From IMG/VR virus record IMGVR_UViG_2974792740_000001, positions 11,944 through 75,943 of that record: a DNA stretch of 64,000 nt, one strand, 5' to 3'. Positions 57,570-64,000 of this stretch are shown piece after piece; position 1 is the stretch's first letter; each line of letters starts with the position of its first letter. The notes beneath the pieces were generated by a model. The model searched no databases. It was not told the origin of the DNA and saw only the letters and a program-made list of their open reading frames with translations. The position numbers were made by a program, and so were the translations under genes. This DNA comes from a virus. Its lineage: Duplodnaviria > Caudoviricetes.

Positions 57570-58191
57570 CATCTGCATCCCCTGGCGGGCGCAACCAGAC
57601 AGGATTCCTGCACATGAACGTGTCATCGACTTTTGGAAACACCACGGCTTCAATCCAATCGAAGGTGACAGCGATGGCCGGCGCAAAGCTTTCTCAATCT
57701 GTGAAGCTCGCAACCGTGCTGTGCGACAGTCCAAGGCGGATGTTGTTGTCCTGTCTGACGCCGATACCATCCCTGATGTTGCCCGCGTACTTGAGGCAAT
57801 TGAATCCGTGGGAAGCGATGAGGTGATCTACCCGTTCACCTACTACCGGCACATCCCCGGCGAGTATGTGAACTCCTCCGATCTGCACGCTGCGCCTGTC
57901 GACAAAGAGTATCGGGGTTCGGTGGGTGGCACGATGGTGATTCGCCGCGACACCTACTGGAAGTGGGGTGGCATGGATGAGCGTTTCGAGCCTCGCTGGG
58001 GTTACGACGATTCGGCGTTCCAATTGGTTGCGAAGACACTCGGCAAGGTGACGCGTATGCCTGGTGTGATCTACAGCTTCAACCATGCTGCTGATCGTGA
58101 CATGTCTGTTGAGAATCCGAATCGTTGGCGGTTCGATTTGTACAAGCTGTGTGTGAATAAGCCGCAGTTGATGAGGGAGTTGATTAAGTGA
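57553..58191 (+). CDS. Glycosyltransferase (GT2/galactosyltransferase-like)
   Basis: ARNRAV, SDADTI, GGMDERF..WGYDDSAF. Confidence 0.85.
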   Translation: MTTTADICIPWRAQPDRIPAHERVIDFWKHHGFNPIEGDSDGRRKAFSICEARNRAVRQSKADVVVLSDADTIPDVARVLEAIESVGSDEVIYPFTYYRHIPGEYVNSSDLHAAPVDKEYRGSVGGTMVIRRDTYWKWGGMDERFEPRWGYDDSAFQLVAKTLGKVTRMPGVIYSFNHAADRDMSVENPNRWRFDLYKLCVNKPQLMRELIK

Positions 58192-58394
58192 GTGACTTGT
58201 ATGTGGCGTTGAATGCTGAGGGTGAGTCGAAGTTTGCGGCACATCCGGAGTGGAGCAACGGCAAGCCTCGCATCTATGCGTATGAGACTCGCGGTCCTGC
58301 TCGCGCTATTGCGAACAAGGTTGGCGGTTCGGTTGTGCGTATCCGGCTGGGCCAGTTGAGTTCTGTCGGGGTGGTGGAAGCCGAGATCGTATGA
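58188..58394 (+). CDS. Small hypothetical protein
   Basis: PRIYAYETRGPARAIANKVGGSVV. Confidence 0.6.
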   Translation: MSDLYVALNAEGESKFAAHPEWSNGKPRIYAYETRGPARAIANKVGGSVVRIRLGQLSSVGVVEAEIV

Positions 58395-59155
58395 GCCTGG
58401 TAGTGCTCACCGTGCCTGAACGGTTAGAGCGTGGCCGAGCACTGGCCGACTCCCTCGGCGCATGGATGTGGGTTGATGTCCATTCCAATCCTACGATCGC
58501 TCACGCTGACGCATGGAAGGATGCCGCCCAACGAATCACATGGTCAGACGAGTGGGTGGGGGTCATCGAAGACGACGCCATCCCAATTTGGGACCAGGGG
58601 GTGGGGGGTAGTTTTCGTGGCCGAATCGAGAACGCACCCCCCCGAGGGGGTCTGTTAGGCCAAATGCTCTCAACCGCACCCTGCAACATTGTTTCCGGCT
58701 ACTTGGGCACCAGCCGACCACAATCCAACCAAGACGACATTGCACTCACACTGCACTTGTCTGATCCGGCATGGATTGTGTCACGCCAGTTACGCCACCA
58801 CGTGGCCGTGTTCATGCGGGCACGCCTGGTGCCACGGGCAGTCAAGTACATGCGGGAGCATCCGAACACGCCATGCGATGAGGCCATATCGATCTGGGCT
58901 CAACAAGCCTTGGAACCTGTGGCGTACTGCAACCCGTCACTGTTTGACCATGATGATGATTTGCCGCCTGCTGTGCGTGCGGACCAGCGCCGCCTAGCTG
59001 TTGGTGACGGTCCACGCCGAGCCTGGCACACAGGTACCCGTGAGTCGTATCCGGCTACTGATGCCCGGTTCCTGGATGCGGTGAGCGAGAAGATTTACGG
59101 GAGACGCTATGGGGAAATACAAGGGGCGTTCCGGTCGCCCATATCGCACAGCTAG
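58391..59155 (+). CDS. Glycosyltransferase (GT25-like)
   Basis: AHADAW, VIEDDA, PCDEAI, PSLFDH. Confidence 0.7.
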   Translation: MSLVVLTVPERLERGRALADSLGAWMWVDVHSNPTIAHADAWKDAAQRITWSDEWVGVIEDDAIPIWDQGVGGSFRGRIENAPPRGGLLGQMLSTAPCNIVSGYLGTSRPQSNQDDIALTLHLSDPAWIVSRQLRHHVAVFMRARLVPRAVKYMREHPNTPCDEAISIWAQQALEPVAYCNPSLFDHDDDLPPAVRADQRRLAVGDGPRRAWHTGTRESYPATDARFLDAVSEKIYGRRYGEIQGAFRSPISHS

Positions 59156-59438
59156 GGCCAGGTTCCGGAAGAAGTGCGAGCAGGCCAAGGCTCCGTGTGC
59201 ACTGTGTGGCGGTGACATCGACTACGCGTTGACCGGCAAACAGGATTGGGCGTGGTCGTTGGACCACATCATCCCCGTGTCGGTGCTCAAGTTGGAGAAC
59301 CCTAATCATCGCCTACTTGAGTCGCCTAGCAACTTTCAGGCCGCGCACTTCATCTGCAATCTGAGGAAACAGGCTGGTGGTTTCGTGGAGCGTGTGACTG
59401 GTCCTGCCCCGAATGCTTCGTCGGGTGATTGGCTGTGA
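59109..59438 (+). CDS. HNH endonuclease (packaging-associated type)
   Basis: CALC, SLDHIIPV, NFQAAHFICN. Confidence 0.88.
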   Translation: MGKYKGRSGRPYRTARARFRKKCEQAKAPCALCGGDIDYALTGKQDWAWSLDHIIPVSVLKLENPNHRLLESPSNFQAAHFICNLRKQAGGFVERVTGPAPNASSGDWL

Positions 59439-59653
59439 AAGCCATGCACGCGTGGGGCGTGTTGGTGGCGTTGGTGACTGTGTATGAGGTGGTTGCTGAT
59501 GAGGGTGAGCTGTTGTCTGAGGGTGTGGATCGTGGGTTGGTGTCGCATCCGGTGTTGACGAGCGGTGCCGTGTTGGTGACGGCTGCGCATTTGCTGAATG
59601 TGTTGCCTACTTGGTGTGACCCGTACGCGTGGTTGGCGCGGATACGGTTGTGA
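59435..59653 (+). CDS. Small membrane protein common in actinophages
   Basis: YEVV..GELLSEGVDR..HP..HLLN.LP..DP. Confidence 0.65.
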   Translation: MKAMHAWGVLVALVTVYEVVADEGELLSEGVDRGLVSHPVLTSGAVLVTAAHLLNVLPTWCDPYAWLARIRL

Positions 59654-59657
59654 TTTG

Positions 59658-59701
59658 AGCGGGACATCCTGGCCTTCGGGTTTGGGGTGTCCCGCTTTTT
59701 T
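59658..59701 (+). terminator. Intrinsic terminator of the right arm
   Basis: AGCGGGACATCC/GGGGTGTCCCGCT plus T6. Confidence 0.85.
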
Positions 59702-59718
59702 GCGTTTCGGCCCAAATT

Positions 59719-59789
59719 AATTGCCTACTAGGGCCTGATATAATCGCCTACTAGGCGAAAAGTTGCCCATTAAATTGCCTACTAGGGCC
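59719..59789. repeat. Three AAT(T/C)GCCTACTAGG repeats
   Basis: Copies at 59719-35, 59742-57, 59773-89; core CCTA-C-TAGG is palindromic. Confidence 0.8.
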
Positions 59790-59803
59790 GGCGCAGCGGC
59801 CTT

Positions 59804-59819
59804 TCGAACATGTGTTCGA
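59804..59819. promoter_or_regulatory. Actinobacterial LexA (SOS) box
   Basis: TCGAAC-ATGT-GTTCGA matches consensus TCGAAC-N4-GTTCGA exactly. Confidence 0.7.
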
Positions 59820-60282
59820 AGAGGGCCGAATCCGCGATATTGAACCCCGGATTCATGATCGTGAATATGTCAGATCCTGAATCTCGGATTTGCTATAGTG
59901 GATCCCGGATGGTGGGATTGGGTTTGGTTTGGTGAATCGTGAATTTGAGATAGTGAATTTGCCGGCGCACAGGAGGCCGGCGGATTTGGGGCGTGGGTTT
60001 GTATTGCCCATTGTATTAGCTTGTGGCGTGGCCTGTGGCCTGCCAGGATTCCGGTGCTGCGCCCTCGTTGCGCCATAGACGCTCGTAACCCTATTTCAGC
60101 CGTAGTTGGTCACGGTGCCCTAGTTTGCGCCTGTGTGTGGCTGTGAGCGGCCTCTTTGCTTGTGTTCCGCCTCGTCGGTGCGGCTGTGGTTTGGTTGCCC
60201 TCGTTCGGCGCCCTGGACACAACGAGAGACGCCCCGGACAGCTATTGCCATCCGGGGCGTCTCGGTTTGGTTGTGTTGCGGC

Positions 60283-60635
<353 letters not shown>

Positions 60636-60636
<1 letters not shown>

Positions 60637-60935
60637 TAGATCGCCTGCTCTATCCACACGCCAATAGCGTTATCGGTTAGGCGTTGCGCCTCGTCCTGTG
60701 CGGCCTCTTCCGTAGTTGCGTCGACAAATCCGATTAGTTCGTTCTCGTCGGAATAGACGCGCCAGCGAGGCACTGCAAGCCATCGGTTAATGGTTGCCCT
60801 CGTTGCGCCTGATGCTTCGCTAGCGTCAACTCTGGTCATTCCCTGGCGCACAGCGGCCACAGTGACCGCGCGTAGGTTGTGCTGCGCCTCTTCCAAGGCC
60901 GCGCGAGCCCGCTGCAACTCTTCGCGTGTGCTCAT
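60636..60935 (-). CDS. HTH DNA-binding protein
   Basis: AVRQGMTRVDASEASGATRATINRW; AGGAGG RBS. Confidence 0.7.
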
Positions 60936-61903
60936 CCCTGTGCCTCCTGTGCCTCTTGTGCGAGCACGGTGGAATCGATGCACGCGACCGCAAATGTTCC
61001 GTTGACGCTGCGGAGGATCCAGATGTAGGGATCCGCGTTCCCTGCGCCTCTTGGCATCCAGCCGTCGACGCCCTTTGCCTTGAGGTAGTCCGCAGACGGG
61101 GCGTCTCCCCACGGCGACTTGAGGACCTGGAAGTCTTCCAGCAGTAGTTTGGTGCCATCAGTCAACGTGAGTTGTGTCTGTGTGCCCTCGTCGTCCAGGT
61201 AGTCGTAGCCCGGAATCTCTTCCAGGCGTTCGCCAGCGATGGACATATCGCGGATCACAGCGGCTGTGACGAATTCCAGGATCTTGCCCTCGTCTTCTTT
61301 GCTGAAAACGGGCGACTCGCCATCAAATTCCGCCATCCATTGGATGGATTCCAGCGCAGCGTAGTAAATGGTTCTGCGCTCATGTTCTTCCATTGTCCAG
61401 GACCAATGATCTGCCACAGCCTCGTCGGTTAGTTCGATGTCATCAATTAGGTAACCGTTGATGGCCTCAGCTAGCCAATCGTTCTCGACTTCCATGCGCA
61501 GGTCTCCATCTTCGATGTAACCAGCCTCGTCCAGGTGCGAGTAATCGCCAACGAGGGAATCAATGATCTCCTCGTTGGCATCGAACGAGACGAGATCGAT
61601 GGCGGGCACGTCGCAGTCTGTGTATCCCGCATCAGTCAAGTGGTCGCCGTAGTTCTGCTGGAAGTAACGGAAGTCGACTTCACCGGACACGGTTCCATCC
61701 GCCGCGCGATGGTTGCCAGACAGCAGTCGCAGGACGAGACGAGGGTTACGCCCTGCGGCCTCCTGTGCCTCGTTGATGGCCTCCTGTGCGTCTTTGAACT
61801 CGAATTCCCTCGTTGACCATCCGTGAATGTTGTTCAGCCACACAGTGCCCAACTCGTCAACCATCTTGCGGATGAGTGTCTGTGCCTCGTCGGTGATTCC
61901 CAT
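60932..61903 (-). CDS. Acidic hypothetical protein
   Basis: D/E-rich 323 aa; GGAGAG RBS; coupled downstream. Confidence 0.7.
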   Translation of the reverse strand: MGITDEAQTLIRKMVDELGTVWLNNIHGWSTREFEFKDAQEAINEAQEAAGRNPRLVLRLLSGNHRAADGTVSGEVDFRYFQQNYGDHLTDAGYTDCDVPAIDLVSFDANEEIIDSLVGDYSHLDEAGYIEDGDLRMEVENDWLAEAINGYLIDDIELTDEAVADHWSWTMEEHERRTIYYAALESIQWMAEFDGESPVFSKEDEGKILEFVTAAVIRDMSIAGERLEEIPGYDYLDDEGTQTQLTLTDGTKLLLEDFQVLKSPWGDAPSADYLKAKGVDGWMPRGAGNADPYIWILRSVNGTFAVACIDSTVLAQEAQEAQG

Positions 61904-61981
61904 TGTTCTCTCCATTCCATTGGGTCTAGGTCTAACCACACGGCACACAGTGACTAGGCCGCTGTGTGCCATGCTGCTGAT

Positions 61982-62554
61982 CTAGTCCAGGAGGTTGGGT
62001 GACGAGGCTCGGATCTCGTCCAGTGTGCCTTCTGTGAGGTAGTCGAGCACAGTTTCGAACGAGGCATCATGCAACGTGTGCTTGTCTCCTCCCCATGCAC
62101 CGACGAGTCGAGCGCTGTTCTCGGACAAATCGTGTTCCACCGCAATGTACGGCCCGCCCACAGTGATGAGTAGTTCAATCGGTCGGCCAATCTTGATGAC
62201 CAAATCGAGCCCGAATTCCGAGATCGGCGTCTCGTCGACAGTCGGCTCATCATGTTCGGTGCGCTCCCAAATCGCGCCCTCGTCGGATTCCATTCCATAG
62301 GATTCCAGGATTTCGTCCAGGGCGTCAGCGGCAAACTCGTCAGACGGGTCAAAGTCTGCGGCCTCGTCCCAACCTTTGCGCTCCATCCACGCTTTGGCCT
62401 CCTGGAAGAACGAGGCACCGAAGTAGGCCGACAAGTCGATAACCGATTCCCGAGTGACGTAGACGCCCGACTCGATTTGCTCCGCGTACGCCTGAAGTCG
62501 AGCCTTGGCCGATTCCATGTTTTCGATGAGCTGAGATGCAACAGTGTTGGTCAT
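61982..62554 (-). CDS. Acidic hypothetical protein
   Basis: D/E-rich; ELLITVGGPYI motif. Confidence 0.7.
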   Translation of the reverse strand: MTNTVASQLIENMESAKARLQAYAEQIESGVYVTRESVIDLSAYFGASFFQEAKAWMERKGWDEAADFDPSDEFAADALDEILESYGMESDEGAIWERTEHDEPTVDETPISEFGLDLVIKIGRPIELLITVGGPYIAVEHDLSENSARLVGAWGGDKHTLHDASFETVLDYLTEGTLDEIRASSPNLLD

Positions 62555-62605
62555 TTTTCTAATCCTTTGGTGAGTGAGTGAATTGATGGAATGAAAGAGG
62601 GTTGA

Positions 62606-63724
62606 CTATTGGGAGGAAATCCATTGGTCGAATTCAGGAGGCGCAGGATTTCCATCGGGCTCGATTTCCCATACGCCCCGCTCATATCCTGCGGTAAACG
62701 CGTCAATCAACGATCGGCCTGGAATCATTGCCACGCCACAGGATGAGCATTTACGCCCTGTGGATGAACGTTCGGTCATCGCATGGGAACACGCCCGACG
62801 TTGTGCGGCCTCGTCCAGGGCCATCGGTTCAATGATCTCGACCGAGTAATCCGCCCAACCATGAGTGACCCTAGGGGCGTCCGACTTGAACTGTGCCCAC
62901 ACATCCCGGACGGTCCTATCCCGGACTTCCAGGGGCGTGGCGTAATAGGGCGACTTCCCAACGAGGCTATTCACAGCCGACCACGTGAGCCCGGTATCCG
63001 TGATTTCCACACGCCCCACAGTGTGTGTGTCCCCATGCTTGATGGTTTCAACGAGGTAGACACGTGCCACGCCATCGTTCCCTCGTCCTGTGTTGCGCAG
63101 GGCGTAGAACGCCTGTGACGGATAACGACCGTCCCACATGTCAACCTGTGCTGTGAGTTCGTTCCAGGTTGTGTCATTGACGCTGTGTGTCGTTGTCATC
63201 TCACCAACGACCAACGTGTCGCCCTCGTTGCGCTCAGCCACCACAATCGTTGCGCCATCCTGGAACGCCTGTGCGGCCTCCTGACGGCTCACACGCTGCG
63301 CCTTGGGAATCATGCCCTTAGCGGCTGCTGTCGCCTCCTGACGCGTCTCAGCCTCGTTATTGGTGACGTCCGATCGCATCATGTGCACATGCGCACCGTT
63401 GTCCAGGACCACCGACACGTTGCCCTCGTCGGTATAGGTCACAGTGCCCTGTGCCGTAGTGCCCTGCGGTCCCTCGCCCCGCACATCGACGCGTGCGCCA
63501 ATCGTGAGCGTTTCAGCCTCCTGTGTGGCCTCCTGTGGCGCAGGCACAGCAGCACGCTCACCAACAGACTTGATGCATCGCTTGCACGTCACAGCGGCCG
63601 CCACAGCCGTCAGGCGAGAAGAACGAGGACCACGCCCCTCAGCCCCACACATCGTCGCACCCTTGTATTGCGCGTGCACAGCACAGCCAGTGCCAACAGT
63701 CACGTTCATTGCCTTGTTGCTCAT
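62606..63724 (-). CDS. Multi-domain hypothetical early protein
   Basis: CG..VTCKRC, SH3-like LTIGARVDV, C-terminal CSH..CSSC; GGAGA RBS. Confidence 0.7.
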   Translation of the reverse strand: MSNKAMNVTVGTGCAVHAQYKGATMCGAEGRGPRSSRLTAVAAAVTCKRCIKSVGERAAVPAPQEATQEAETLTIGARVDVRGEGPQGTTAQGTVTYTDEGNVSVVLDNGAHVHMMRSDVTNNEAETRQEATAAAKGMIPKAQRVSRQEAAQAFQDGATIVVAERNEGDTLVVGEMTTTHSVNDTTWNELTAQVDMWDGRYPSQAFYALRNTGRGNDGVARVYLVETIKHGDTHTVGRVEITDTGLTWSAVNSLVGKSPYYATPLEVRDRTVRDVWAQFKSDAPRVTHGWADYSVEIIEPMALDEAAQRRACSHAMTERSSTGRKCSSCGVAMIPGRSLIDAFTAGYERGVWEIEPDGNPAPPEFDQWISSQ

Positions 63725-63769
63725 CGGGTTCTCCGTTCCCTAGCGGCCTCGTTCCGACCGACTGAAACG

Positions 63770-63778
63770 AATGTATCA
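63770..63778 (-). promoter_or_regulatory. Putative extended -10 promoter of the leftward block
   Basis: Minus strand TGA-TACATT (TGn-TANNNT) about 45 nt upstream of the start codon. Confidence 0.4.
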
Positions 63779-63788
63779 CGCGATACAG

Positions 63789-63827
63789 CCACGCCCCGCA
63801 CAGGACGACACACCACGCCCCGCACAG
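63789..63827. repeat. 15-bp direct repeat CCACGCCCCGCACAG, two copies
   Basis: 63789-63803 and 63813-63827. Confidence 0.75.
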
Positions 63828-64000
63828 CCCAAATCGCCATCCAGCCACAGGGGCCACAAAAGCGCCGGCCCAACCCTATGACCAGCAACGATGCAGCCCA
63901 TAGCACAGCGCGCCGGCCTAGTCAAGTCTCAAACTCGCCCTTGACAAGAGGGGGTGGGGGGTATCTCCCCAGGTCAGCCCCCGGTCCATATCTGCCCCAC

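Noticed and set aside
63950-64000. G-rich stretch as the genome end or cos site
   Set aside because: Reminiscent of end-proximal sequence in actinophages but cannot be established without read termini

Overview
This window is most of a ~61% GC siphovirus genome infecting mycolic-acid Actinobacteria. A Gordonia/Rhodococcus-type host is inferred from the split lysin A, lysin B, WhiB, Lsr2 and NrdF/NrdH. Head and terminase genes are not in the window. Layout: tail module (1-17820), lysis cassette (17834-19989), a repressor/Cro switch with operators but no integrase in the window (20140-22506), a long rightward arm of recombination, replication, methylation, nucleotide, NAD and RNA-repair genes (23212-59653), and a leftward acidic early block (60283-63724). 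The most striking content is non-coding. It includes a ~420-nt densely base-paired RNA candidate (22729-23146), four tandem Y-RNA-like units directly upstream of a Ro60/TROVE gene (45160-45627), and a tRNA array (48164-50262). That array mixes six recognisable tRNAs with three tRNA-like RNAs whose anticodon loops are abnormal, and a recurrent pseudoknot sits right after several tRNA 3' ends. Together with PNK, RNA ligase and an RlaP-like nucleotidyltransferase, this suggests a tRNA-protection/repair counter-defence system (inference). Also notable: a NARP1-like NAD-reconstitution gene pair, a C5 methyltransferase with a second protein encoded in its +1 frame, two genes that appear to start at CTG, a tape measure carrying three cell-wall enzyme domains, a degenerate terminase-like ATPase, three glycosyltransferases and a perfect actinobacterial SOS box. 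All RNA structures were paired by eye; no folding or database searches were run.
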